A DNA stretch of 64,000 bases, taken from the NCBI RefSeq assembly GCF_009914755.1, contig NC_060943.1; one strand, given 5' to 3'. The position numbers and the translations under genes are program-made. Of the stretch, positions 40,453 through 55,670 are shown piece by piece (position 1 is the first letter of the stretch; each line of letters begins with the position of its first letter). This DNA comes from the human T2T-CHM13v2.0 reference genome, Homo sapiens. The notes beneath the pieces were generated by a model that searched no databases, was not told the DNA's origin, and saw only the letters and a program-made list of their open reading frames with translations.

Positions 40453-41093
40453 GTAAGAAATGCCACCTCTGTGGACTGGAGTTGGTGTCTAGCCGTCTCC
40501 ACAGTGGCACGCAGGATACTGGCAGAACGGCCAAGTGTCGGCACATCCGGCCTGCCCTTTCCAAGGTCCTTGTGATCACATTTTTTAAAATGATAAAACC
40601 ATCTTGGCCAGTTTCCCCCAGGACCCCTTGAGCTGATGGAGCCCTCTCCCAACACTGCATGAGGTTCAGTTGCATATTTGCCCAGAACTGTGCTGTGCCC
40701 AGAACTGTGTATGACAGCCTTCAAGGAGCTTACAATGCATGAAGATGGGGTGATATCAAACCTCATATCAGTTACATTTATATTTAACTGGTGTAATATC
40801 CAAGAACAAGGAAGGAACCGGGCAAACCACACGTAGGTCTGAAAAGAGCCAATGAAATGATGCAGACCAAGGCTAGGGCGGGCAGATGCCTTTGCAATGG
40901 AATTAGAGTAGTTTTAAATATGGGCTAATTTCAAGCAATTTTAAATATCACAAGATTCCACTAGAGCGAAAGACTGCAGAGAGGCCTTGGAGTTTGAGAA
41001 AACAGGGTTTGCTGAGCTTCAGTCTTTGTATCCACCTCTGACTCTGTGTGCAGGCTACAGCATGGGGCATTGGGCTAACAAGAGGCACATTAG

Positions 41094-41180
41094 GTGTGTG
41101 TGTGTGCGCATGAGTCTGTGCATACACGTGTGTTTGCATGTGTGTGCATGGCGCACATGTGTGCGCTTGCATGTATATGT
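41094..41180. repeat. TG-rich imperfect repeat with three TGCATG
   Basis: TGCATG at 41135, 41145 and 41168. Confidence 0.85.
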
Positions 41181-41547
41181 CTCTCTTCTCTTAGGGTGAG
41201 GATCTGTAGAAAATTCACTGCAATGTACCCGCAGCCCTGGGTCGTCGTGTCCTGTTCTCTGTGGGCCAGTAAGCTTCTCTTCTAAGGTCAGCTTTCTTCA
41301 CCCAGGGCCACTCCATTTTCAGATAGACTGGATTTGGAGAGTGCCTTTGGGGCAGTTTGCTCCCTTCTTTTATATTTGATATTATTACAGTTTTTGTAAC
41401 CCAAATGGCATTGGTTTTAACAAATAAACAAATGCTAACTGCCAACTTCTTTGGCTGGATGGACATGAATCGGCTTTAGCAAGTGAATAGATGACATATC
41501 AAAGAATATGTTGACTAATCCCTTCCCTGTCTGAGAGCGTTTTCCAG

Positions 41548-41642
41548 ATCGTAGACAAATACACTGCAGGCATTTAAAATAGAAGTCCGGGCATGGCCAC
41601 AAGTGTATTCTGGGAGTTACAGGGTCCGCACGCTCTACGCAG
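41548..41642 (+). other. Candidate 95-nt exon with stops in all three frames
   Basis: Branch GACTAAT (A 41518); acceptor ttttccag; consensus donor CAG/GTGAGT; CpG-rich surroundings. Confidence 0.35.
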
Positions 41643-41739
41643 GTGAGTATTTCTAGGAGATGCCGGGAAGTTGGGGACACCCGGAGGCACCCTCCGATGT
41701 TCAGATGATCGTGGCAGGAACATGCTGGAATGATATTCT

Positions 41740-42840
41740 GCCTTTATTTATTATTTGCTACCAATGTGACTATCTTTTAATTTTTTTAAAACAAATAATT
41801 TAGTCGTAAAGGCTCAGACTGATGTTTTTTTTTTGCGAAATAGTTCTAGTGAGCTAATTTATTTTTCAACTTTAAAACATCAGCATTTTATAGATCTGAA
41901 TTTCACAATGTGAGGATGATTGCTACGTACAATTTGCAAAATTGTGATTAGCCAGCCCTTGCTTTGAGTTAGTTCTCCCTAATTCACAAAGGCTTCCAAG
42001 AATAGTCTGCACAAAATTCAGTTTGCAAATTGCAGGGCAGATTTTTAGAGGGCAGTTTAAAGAATGAAGTCCTAAGGGTTTTATCTATATTTATATCTCT
42101 TGTTAAACCAAACTCTTATGTAAATGTTACAATCTGTAAATAACTAGCAGGGCTGCCTTCTTAAAGGCAAGATTGCATCTCCATTTTTGAGATTTAGCAA
42201 AATTATTAAATGGCAGAATTGACTAAGATGCAAGTATATTTGGAACGAGCTAATAAACATTAATCAATATCATCAGCTGTATTTGTGTAGCTATTTCAGG
42301 GTTTAAAAGTAAAGGTTTTTGTTGAATTTCTCATAAATTAAAACAATTAAAATATAAAAGTCATTACCCTTAGTGATGTTTTGGGGAAAAAAATGGAGAT
42401 AGCTTTGTGTGCTCTTACTTTTTATAGCCATTAATGTTTCAGTAAACCTTGCATGACTGTATGCAATTTAGATTATTTTTTCATCCTTTTGCCATTGGAC
42501 AGGAAGGAAATTACTGGCTCCCATCAGTGTTACTGGCAATCCCCATGTTCTGACATCTGTTCCTCTCTAAACATTTTACCAACCTTGATGAAATGTAGTT
42601 TGGTGTCAGAAGCTGACTTGAAGAAAAAAATCACATGATTAAAAAAAACATTGATTAAACACCAGAAGTCACTTCCCAATAACTGTCAATATTTTGATGG
42701 TCACTGTCATTTATTTTTTTCTTAAATCCTGATAAATCGTATAGAAATGTTAATCATGTTTAATATTTGAATTAAACTGAATTAATGGCATGTCATTTTT
42801 AAATAGAAGTGTAGTGGATTCATTCTAGTCCATTTTAATC
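41740..42840. promoter_or_regulatory. 1.1-kb AT-rich candidate conserved regulatory block
   Basis: GTCGTAAA 41803-41810, ACAATTT-GCA-AAATTGT 41929-41945, ATTAATCA 42259-42266, CTGTCA at 42683 and 42704. Confidence 0.4.
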
Positions 42841-43734
42841 AGGGTCTTTGGGCTACGATTCATCAGGAATGTTTTCAGTCTTTCTCAGAGAAACCATGTA
42901 ACGCACTTTCTTTGAGCAAATTAGACTTCCTCAATTCTTTGTCCTCTTTATCTCCTGGTTTTCAGGGAAAAACACACAGCATCTTGGGGGTCAGGACCTG
43001 CCAGAATGAGGAACTGGGGTGGAGCAGAGGGGCAAGGGGTTCTCTGGGCTGGATGTCCACGCAGCCCACGGAGCCCCCGTCAGAGAGCCCTCTGGGAGGC
43101 CTTGCAGATGGAACGGTGTGGAGCGTACGTGGTATTTGGGAAGTTTGGGCCCAGGGAAGGGTAAAACGCTCCCCTCCCCGACCTGGATTATCCAAACGAT
43201 TTCCAGATTTATTTTCTCCGTGAAACGCCATTTGGAGCTCTCCTCTTCTTGGCTCCCGGGAGAATCAGGGCCTTAAATTCAGTGTGTAAGCAGGAGAAGG
43301 CCCACTGTGCGCCGGACGTGTCACAAAAACAGAGGCACATTCCACAGAGGCATATTTCAATCCATTAACCCACAGAATACGTATTGAATGGTTAGTGTGT
43401 GTCATGCTTTGGGAGTGCAGCGACAAACACACAGAAATAACCTTGTCCTCCTGCGCCTCTATTCCAGTGACACAGAAAAATGCATCTCACCATCTCCGTC
43501 CCTTGGGCGTGGGGCCCCCTCGCAGGCTCTGGCTCCAGGGTCAGGTGTGGTTTCAGGAAATCAGCTCCAGCTGTGTGACGCTGCAACCCCGACCTCCCAG
43601 CCCTCTCTTCTGCAAATCCACCTGCCCCAGGCTCATCTCCTTTTCTCTGCAAACTCTTCTCTGAACTCTGAGAAAACTTGGCTCTGGCCCTACAACTGCC
43701 CTCACCATGCTCATAGTTTAAAATGGTAGAAAGG

Positions 43735-44051
<317 letters not shown>

Positions 44052-44169
44052 TCATTCGGTACCACAAATTTAGAAAACAGATGCATGGGAATCAAAGTGC
44101 CCTTAATTACCCCTGTTCCAACACAAACCAGATGCTAACCTCTAGGTAAACTTCCTTTTCATCTTCCTC

Positions 44170-44532
44170 TTTTTTTTTTTTAATTAGTCTACCTGGCTAA
44201 TTTAATTTTTGTTTTTTTTTTTCTTTTTTTTCTTTCTTTCTTTTTTTTTTTTCTGAGACAGAGTCTCATTCTGCTGGCCAGGCCAGAATGCAGTGGTGCA
44301 ATCTCAGCTCACAGCAACCTCCGCCTCCAAGGTTCAATCAATTCTCCGCCTCAGCTTCTTGAGTAACTGGAATTATAGGCGTGCACCACCATGCCCGGCT
44401 AATTTTTGTATTTTCATTAGAGACAAGGTTTCACCAGTTGGCCAGGCAGGTCTCGAACTCCTGATCTCGTGATCCGCCTGCCTTGGCCTCCCAAAGTGCT
44501 GGGATTACAGGCGTGAGCCACCATGTCTGGCC
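44170..44532 (-). mobile_element. AluS (Sg-like) with a bipartite tail
   Basis: Full Alu; TSD tcatcttcc at 44159-44167 and 44533-44541. Confidence 0.95.
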
Positions 44533-44559
44533 TCATCTTCCCTTGTTCATCCACATTTT

Positions 44560-44875
44560 TCCATATATATAATCAGAAAAATTGTACCACTAGCTTTCAG
44601 TCTTTTCCTCAGGCATCACGTGATTTGTATTTTGCCAAATTCCCATTGAGTTTGGGACCATCATTTGTAATAGCTGCCGTTTTTCATTGAATAGATGTGC
44701 CATAATTTATATCATAATTCTTTTATTATTGGCTTTGAGTTATTTCCAATAGTTTTTCTATATAAAAAAATACTATGATGATCATCTTTGTATGAAGAAG
44801 ACAATTTTTCCCCCTCATTTTGGGTGATTTCCTTAAGCCAGATGCCCACAGGGGAAATTCCTGGCTCAGAGGACT
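44560..44875 (-). mobile_element. Old L1M fragment
   Basis: tcattgaatagatgtgccataatttat..tatttccaat..atttccttaag..ggaaattcctggctcagagg. Confidence 0.65.
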
Positions 44876-46384
44876 CCACTGTGCTTGTCCATCCTGCTTC
44901 ACAAACCCATCTCTGTTTCTGCGGGACTTGGTCCTGTCGCCCTAAGGACTCTGCAGGCGCCTTCTTGGGAGGGCTGCGTGTGTTACATGCTTGCTTCTGG
45001 GGTCCCTTTAAATCCTGCCCCCCTGGCCAGGCCCACAGGAAGCCAGCCCAGTCTTCCTAAGGAACCATCCTTTTCCCGAATTTCCCTTCCTATTCCATCT
45101 CATCAATGCTTTGTAGCTGAAACAATGCATGTTTTGGAGCTCACAGTAAGTTTCTGGAACTTCCCATTGCCCATCACCTGGGCTGGCCATGAACTCTTCA
45201 TGAGCCCTCCATTCACAGCCCTCCTGCCCACCGAGCCCCTTACTCTCACTCCTAGTGGGGGCCTCAGATGGCCTGCGGTCCTGCCTCATGGAGACCACTC
45301 TGGCCTGGCGCTTCCCACCTCATGTGACTTCCTGGATTCCTCCTGGAAAGGCTGGGCACCTAATGGGAGAGATTTGCTGAGGCTCAAAGCATGATAGTTC
45401 CTTAGGGGAAGCACACCATGTTGGCAGAGGTACTGGGTCAGATGTCTTGCCATCCCATTGACTGGAAGACCCAGTCCTGAGAAGCAAAGCCAAGACCCTG
45501 GGGCCCTGGAGGCTCCCACACCTTCCTGAGCCCAGGACTAAGACTCCATGATTTTCCTAATAAACCAGATCACTCCCCAGGGCCAGGGAGCTTCTAAAGG
45601 GGCCTCCTGGCCTTCCCACCTGGGCTGGGCTTTGCTGGTAGAATCCAAACCTCCAATGCCTGCTGAACGTGAAGGCAAACTCTCGGCTCCACTCAGCTCA
45701 GTGTGGCAGAAACGAAATGCCTCCTTTTCCCCTAGCCCTTTATCCCTTCCTTTCTTACTTTCCTGTATCCCCCACATTGACTACCCTTTCTCCTCGGGCA
45801 CTTAACACCAGTCCAGCGACATCTCCTACCTCCCGTTTGCTCCTGGGTCTTTCTTGAATTTTTAATTCACCCACAATCAATAATTTTATTCTTTTAAAGA
45901 AATTACAGAATATTTCTAAGTGTATGCAGGGAGAGGGGAAAAGCACAGTGTGTGTCAGTTTAGACTTGATGTATTCTGGATTTAGAAGTGCTGAATAATT
46001 CATTCCTGTTTAAAAAATAAACATACTATCTCTATCAGAACTTGACTGGGGTTGCTTCATGATGAATCAGATCCAGGGCTGCAGGGTTCTTGGGTTGGGC
46101 AGCATGGGAAAGAAGGCAGGTGCTGTCTAGAGGAAGCCATCCTCCTTCTCATGGTTGGGATGTCCAGATGGTCTGGGCCATGATTAGAGGTGGCATTGCT
46201 GGTTCTTGGAGATTTCACCTTCCCTTTGAGAGTTTCTATCCCTCTGCTAGTGCTCAGTTTTGCAACCTATCCATCCTACCATTATTCTACTCACTTCTTT
46301 CTCTATTTGTCCTGCTCCTCTGCTCAACCACTCCTGTCTTCCCCTCAGTCAACCTGACCATCCCTCTTTCCCATTTTCTCTCCC

Positions 46385-46785
46385 TCCATCCATCTGTCCA
46401 TCCCTTTTCACCTTTATTTACTCATCCACTCAATCAACTACCCCCTTATTCACCTGTACTCACCCATCATCCCATCCATCCATCCACCCACCCATCCTCC
46501 ATCCATCTATCCATGTATCTACTTATTCATCATCATCCATCATCTATTCATCCATCTATCATCCATCATCATCCATCTGTCCATCCATCTACCCATGCAT
46601 CATCCATCCATCCATCCACCCATCCATTCATCATCATCCATTATCTATTCATCCAATCTATCATATATCCATCATCATCTGTCTAGCCATCCATCCACCC
46701 ATCCATCCATCCCATCCATCATCCATCAATCATCCATCATCAATTTTTTTATCCTTCCACACATCCATCTATCTATCCATCCATT
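46385..46785. repeat. (TCCA)/(CAT)n low-complexity array
   Basis: Read directly from sequence. Confidence 0.93.
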
Positions 46786-46842
46786 GTGTTTTGGGAATCT
46801 GCATGGTGCAAAGTTCCACACTCCAGAGTGTCTTCCCTGGTA

Positions 46843-47150
<308 letters not shown>

Positions 47151-49242
47151 TTCCTTGTGTTCTAATGAGAGATTCAGACAAGGAGATCACCAACAATGAT
47201 ACAAGGTGGCCATTTTTAATTTACTTCACTATGCCCTCATCCCTACCCCATGAAGTCAGAGCCGATCTCCCCTGATATTTATATACATCATGTCTCCTTA
47301 AAAGCCCCTCTCTTCTTCCAGTCCTTCCTGAAGACTGCTGAGCTGGCTCTCCCTAGGGCACTAGTGGCGAACAACAGTCCTGTGTGACACCTTCTAAACC
47401 GTTTGTTGTACCTAGGGAAAGGAGGCCCAGGGAAGAAAGCACCCTCACCCAAAGTCATACAATGGGTGTGAGTGCTCTTGTTCTAGAACCATCCACGTTT
47501 GCTCCTTGGCCTGGGGAGCCTTGCAGAGACACCTGTTCTGGAGTCAGGTTCATGTCTTCCTCATGCCCAGGGAGGAATGATAGCCAGGCTGGAAAGGGCT
47601 TTGTGGAGGGGTTGGTGTCAAGTGCACAGACGCCCGTCTAGGTCCTCCGCACTTTGCCTTCTGGGGGCTCCAGCACCAGGCTGCAACTGAGGGACAGAAG
47701 ATGGCTCTAGTTAGAGGCGATTTGCCTGTGACTCTCACCCCCACCCTTGGGGCCAGTTCTCCCCCTCAGCCTGGAAGCCTCAGTGGCATGTCGGATCTGG
47801 GAGGCAAGGCAGCCGGTGTGGTGGCTGCAACCCAGGGCTGCAAGTCAGCAGGCCATCATCAAGCTGCTCCCTTTTGGTGGTGGGCTTCTCTGAGCCCAGT
47901 TTCTTCACATGTAAATGGAAAATGGGGTGCTCACATGTGTTTTGTCAGTGTCTGGGGGCTGTTTTGGGGCTCCAGTGACAGCCTGTGCATGGAGAGCTGT
48001 GAAAGGCTGAGGGCAGCGGAGAGGGCCCTTCCCTGAGGCTCAAGTCTGGTTCCTCAGACTCTGAAGTTTCTTGCATCTGTCCTTTTGCCACAGAGCACTT
48101 AGGGGTGGCTGAGGGGAGCACAGAACCTTAGATATGCCAAGTCTGGCATTGCGCATGGTGTCCAATCTGTGGACCATGACCCCAGTGAAAGTGTGGCCCT
48201 GACACCAAATCCTGGCACAAAATCAACCCAGATGTCACTGCTGAGTACCTCCAGATGTGCCCACTGTTGGAGCAAGCTGCACCTTGGTCACAGGCACTGG
48301 GCTGCCCGGCTGTGCCACCTATCCTCCATGTGGCTGTGGGGGTGTCGCCTCTCCTCTAACTGTGACGGGAGGGGCTGCCTCTCTACTGTGGAGCCCCTCC
48401 CACACCCGCAGATGTGCATCACATACCTTGTCTCCTCTCTGCTAAATCACAAACAGAAATTGAACTTGGGGTCATGCATGAAGTCATGAGTGTAAGTTTA
48501 TTTTCTACATGTGGAGTGTTCTTTATTTACAGTCAAAATCCCCTGAAGATTAAACTTTAAAAAGATTTAATAGTGCTGGGGTCAGATGGTAACCCTTGCT
48601 GTGCTCCAGGCAAGCAGGCAGAACTCAGAAATAGCAACCACTTTGAAGAGGCTTGGCAAAGAGGGCCGTCCCCATTGCCAGGGACATGTCCCAGTGGTCA
48701 GCCCGGGCTTGGCGTCGCTCTGCCAATGCTGTTGGGGGAGGCCTGGGATCCTTGGGAGTCTGCCCCACGGGGCGAAGAGGGGAACAGTGGGCTCAGAAAG
48801 TCTGGCATCCAGAGCAGTGCAGGGAGAAAAGGGTGCGGGAGACAGGGTGCTAATTTGGGGCTGAGTGTCCTGTCGAAGCCAGAGCTCTTTAAACAGCAAT
48901 GTCCTCTTTTTGTTCGTGGTAGGGAACAAGTGTCCTCCAGGCAGCCGGACAAGTCACTTTGGCTTTTTCTAGAGAATCCTCTTAAAGTTGGTCACTGACA
49001 ACTTTCTGAGGAGAGGGCCAGGGGATGGTGACTGCCCCCGACGCATAGGTGGGTGTGGAGGAAATGAAAACGTATGTGAAGCGCCCAGCACAGTGTGAAG
49101 CTTTCAGTGTGTGAGACGGCTTTCGATGCGGGAGGCACGAATGTGCCTCCCCATCTCTGGCACAAAGAAGAGAAGGATTTGCTGTACAAATGGCCCTGGA
49201 AAGACACGCGATGATTTTTTTTTAACTGGGAGATTTTTTTTA

Positions 49243-49618
<376 letters not shown>

Positions 49619-52600
49619 GCCTTTTTTCCCCCTTATGCAATTTAATCTCCTGTTTGCTTACAGCCTTTTGTTAAAGGACACAGCATTGTTGAAATTAATC
49701 CAGGAGGAGTGCATATTTCCTCGGGCTTGGGGTTCAGACCTCGGGCTCAGGGCCCCAGAATTTACACCAGCTTTGAATGACTGAGGCCTGACCGAACCCT
49801 GCCCCATCCAGAGAGGTCCATCCCATCCCGGACTTCCTCTGAGAATCCAGGCTCTTCTCTGTGAACAGTTATTTTATGAGGAAAGTGGGGTGTTTTCTAG
49901 GCCTGTGTTTGATTTTCACTTATAATTATCTCCACATAAGACTTCAATTTTGGATTTTGAATTGGAGACACATGAACCCAGCTTTGCATGTTGAAAGATC
50001 AGTGACAAAAGTCACATGACATTTGCATGCCGTAATTGTTCCTGCGAACCCTTCAGCAGGCTTTGTTTGGAAGTTCTGGAAACCTGCATGAAGCAGCCAT
50101 GCACCCTTCATTTGGGAGGTGTCTTTCATGCATTTAGCTTGGGTTTGGGTTTCTGTGTTCACATCTCAGTCCTTCCAAGTGAAGGAAGCTCTTTTTCAGT
50201 TCTTCTCAGATCACACTCTTGGATCTCCCAAGACCCTGGTGTTCATCCCTCTCACCTCTGCGGCCTGAGCTGTGGAATTGTTATCCTTTGGGCAATGTCT
50301 TTGTCCTCTGATGAGTGGAGTTAGGAACCATGATGACTTTTAAGGTTGGAGAACGGGGTTATATTACCCAGTCAGTAGAATGAGCAGGCGGGATCAGCCT
50401 GGGCTCCTGGAGCCACCATTACTAGTGGGGACAGGTCAGACTCTGTGCCCGTTTCCTCTTCTCTCAGATAGGGTGGAACCTGCTTTGTAAGGTGGGTGTG
50501 GATGAAATGAAATAATTCACATCAAATGCTTGGCAGAGGGCAGAAACCCTCGATTCACAACTCTGATGATGATCATGACTCTCATATTGGTTTATCAATG
50601 AACATGTGAACATGAAGGTGCCTTGTGTGTGTTCAGCTCTGCAGAACTCCCCAGGGGAGGTGGGGAGGCATTGCCCAGCTCCAGTGACCATGACGGCTGA
50701 AGAAGTGAGCAGAGAAAGACTTGGGCCTCCAGGAGCTCCTTGAGAAATAAACCGAGACTTCGGTGGAGGCCACACTTGGCCACAGCTACCCAAGGGCAAC
50801 TTTGATTCTCATTCGAGCTCATGTCCCTATCACAGCAAAAGCTCTGCAGCCCCTGACAAGGCAGAAGAGGAACTCATGGGCCTCTGTGTAACCTGCTCTT
50901 GGGGCTCTCTGCTGCCCTTGATCTTCACTCAGAACTCCATGGTTCTCCATCATGGCCAGAGGGGAAGACTTGGCTCTTAATAATTGCGTATTCAATAAAT
51001 GGTGATGCATTGTTCTGGCTGTCCACGTAGCCCTAACTAATCACTCAAGTTCCATTGGAATCATTTTGTAATGCAAATAGTTATTTGTACCACTTGTGTG
51101 TTTCAGAAATGAAGGTCTGATGTGATGATTCCACCCTATAGGAGGGAGAGATTTGCTGGACCCAATATCCACATGGCTCTCTCTGGAAAGATCGTGGCAT
51201 GTTCATAGATGTGAATTGGGGTTCCTTTTGGATTTTCCTGCTGATCTTGAAGCTGGCGTTGCCAGGGGCTTGGTGTACTTGGACCTAGTTTGGTGGCTTT
51301 TAGACATTAGAGACCATCAAGAGGTACTTAGAAATATTGGCTGCTTTCATTTTGTTCTCGATTTCTCTCTCTCACTTTTCTACTCCTCCCTTTCCCCCTG
51401 CAACAATAGAATTTTGCGGCATCATCAGAGTGAGAGATGGGAATTAGCACTGTAGAGAGGGATACCCTCATGCAAGGGAGCTCTGTTGGGTTTTGTTCAA
51501 ACGGATCTTCTTTGAGGGGTTGCTTTGCAAATGTCGGTGTGTCAAGAAGGCCAACAGCTATCTAAGAGAGGCCTCTTAGCCCTCAAGAGTCCCTCTCGGG
51601 CTCTCAGTAGACAAACACCTGTCCTAAGCCACCTCTGAGAACATGGGCCACACAACAGCAAGTGAACAGAACAGAGCCTTTATTGAGACAGGTCCGAAAG
51701 GACTGGAGCAATCAGCTTACAGGGAACATTTTTGCTTCGTAGGAATGCGGTCCTGCTTGCTGAAAACATATCCTTTGTACAGAGAACACACATAATCCTA
51801 GGTCAACTTTGCCCTTTGAAGAAAAATATGCTCAGCTGGAATTTTGGAGGTGGGGGGCTGGGGAATGGGAGGTGGGGAGGAATCTATTCTACAGAATATC
51901 TGTTCTACAGAATAGCTGCTTAGAGCTAGAACCTTCAAAGGAGTTAAGTTTTTGGAGTTCTGTTCTATAAAGTGTGTGGGATCAACCAATACAATGCAAC
52001 AGCCATGAAAGTGATGATGAAATTTTATTTAAGAGAACATCTAAATTATGTTTAAAGTTCTTGTTGGAACTATCTTTTGCAAAGATAGTTCCAGACCTTG
52101 GAAAGCCCAGGCGTGATACAGACAAAAGTTTATCAGGCCCCTCTCCCTCTCTGCACCCAGCTGTACTATTTGGTGGTGCTATGTGTTCTTAAGGTCATGT
52201 CAATATTTCCATTAAAACACACATTTTTAAAATGGAGATTTATTACTCTGACAGGATAGTTTGCTCTGGGGCATAAGTTAACTTACTGGGTCTACACTTG
52301 GTGGGGGGATACTTTCTCTACCAAATTTCTGAGGAAAAATCAGAATTGATTTGGGAATTATTGTACTGTGCTACTTGATTTTCAAAAAATATCCATTGAG
52401 CAGAATGGACTAAAATATTGCAAAGTAATATGGTTTAGGTGATAATTTATAATCTTATGATTTAAATGAGATGCTGTATTTGAAAGCACTTATTTTCATG
52501 CCTGGTATACAGTAGGCATTCAATAAATACTACTTTGGTCCTATGATTACTACTATGATTACTCCCGTCACCACCACCACCACTACTAATTTCTTTGAGT

Positions 52601-53481
52601 TGGGTTAATATGGAGTAATAGATCACATACTTTATTCATCAGAAAGCTGGGAGGCGCCAGGTGCCCACATGTTAAATATTAACTGTGCTAAATTCGATCA
52701 TGTAGAAGTTTGTGGCCAATAGTATTATATTAAAATAAATTTGGTACTGTAAGCAACTTGGACAAAAGTTGTGGAACCGAGGCAGAAACTCACTCTTGAG
52801 TGGTCAGTTTCTTGCACACTGGGTTATGTGTCACTGGCATTTTAGGGCATTTTCACTTTGCATCTGCCTTTGTTTGGTGAGAAACTTTGCAGTTTTCTGG
52901 GCTGCAGGGGGCATTGGAGGGACTGAGAGGACACTCGACTTTGGAGCTGGGGATGGGGAGGCCTCGTTACAAGCCTTGCTTTGCTACCAGAGGATTTAGA
53001 AAAGGTTACATTGCCACTCTGGGCCTCAGGCTCCCATTTCTAGGAGGTAAAGTAGTCTATGGCTGTCTTACTCTGACGTTTGGGCTCTCCCAGGCCATAT
53101 CTGTGAAGCAACAGCTGGTGGTCTGGCTTCACTGACCCTCCTGCTCTCAAGACATGGCCACTGTAGACATGTACTCATTCGGGATCAGAAAGGAATGGAA
53201 GCAGGTGGCCAGGGAACTTCGAGGCATTGAAGTGGAGTCCATTTTTCGGTCCTGAGGGCTCCTAGCCTGAGAAAGCTTGACCTGTGGGTCAGTGAAGCCC
53301 TTGCTTGAGCCAGCAGAGAGTTAGGACCTCTGATTCTCAAAACATAACTTCACTGCTCCGCTCACACAATTGCAGTCAAGGAATTGAGGACTAGAGGTTT
53401 CAGTCCCTACTGCACTTCCAGCAATGGACTGGGAAAATCAGGCTCAAGTCATTGATACTGGTAAATAAAAGGGCCTTATTT

Positions 53482-53750
53482 CACCTGTAATCCCAGCAAT
53501 TTGGGAGGTCAAGGCAGGAGGATCGCTTGAGGCCAGGAGTTCAAGGTCAGTCTGGGCAACATAGCAAAACCTCATCTCTACAAAAAATTTAAAAAATTTA
53601 GCCAGGCATGGTGGCATACACCTGGGGTCTCAGCTGCTTGGGAGGCTGAGGCAGGAGGATTGCTTGAGCCCAGGAGTTTGAGACTGCAGTGAGCTATGAT
53701 CACACCACTGCACTCCACACTCCAGCCTGGGGAACAGAGTAAGACCCTGT

Positions 53751-53783
<33 letters not shown>
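53482..53783 (+). mobile_element. AluJ, slightly 5'-truncated, with A28 tail
   Basis: Dimeric Alu; polyA 53756-53783. Confidence 0.95.
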
Positions 53784-53784
<1 letters not shown>

Positions 53785-54029
53785 AATATTATTTGTCTTT
53801 ATGACAGATGACCATTTCTTACTAGATAATTACTGAATACTATAAATCTTAGATCTCTTCTGTCTCTGCAGTGGTCATGCTGATTCCCCATCAGATTTGT
53901 TTGCCAAGTGACTTGAGGAGATCTCTTGTAAGGAGGTCACCAATGTCCTTGATTCTGGTGTCACCGTCTCCTGAGGTGTGTGTTCACTCCGAGTTTCTGC
54001 AGGTCTGTTGGCCAGTGACATTGACCAAG

Positions 54030-55670
<1,641 letters not shown>

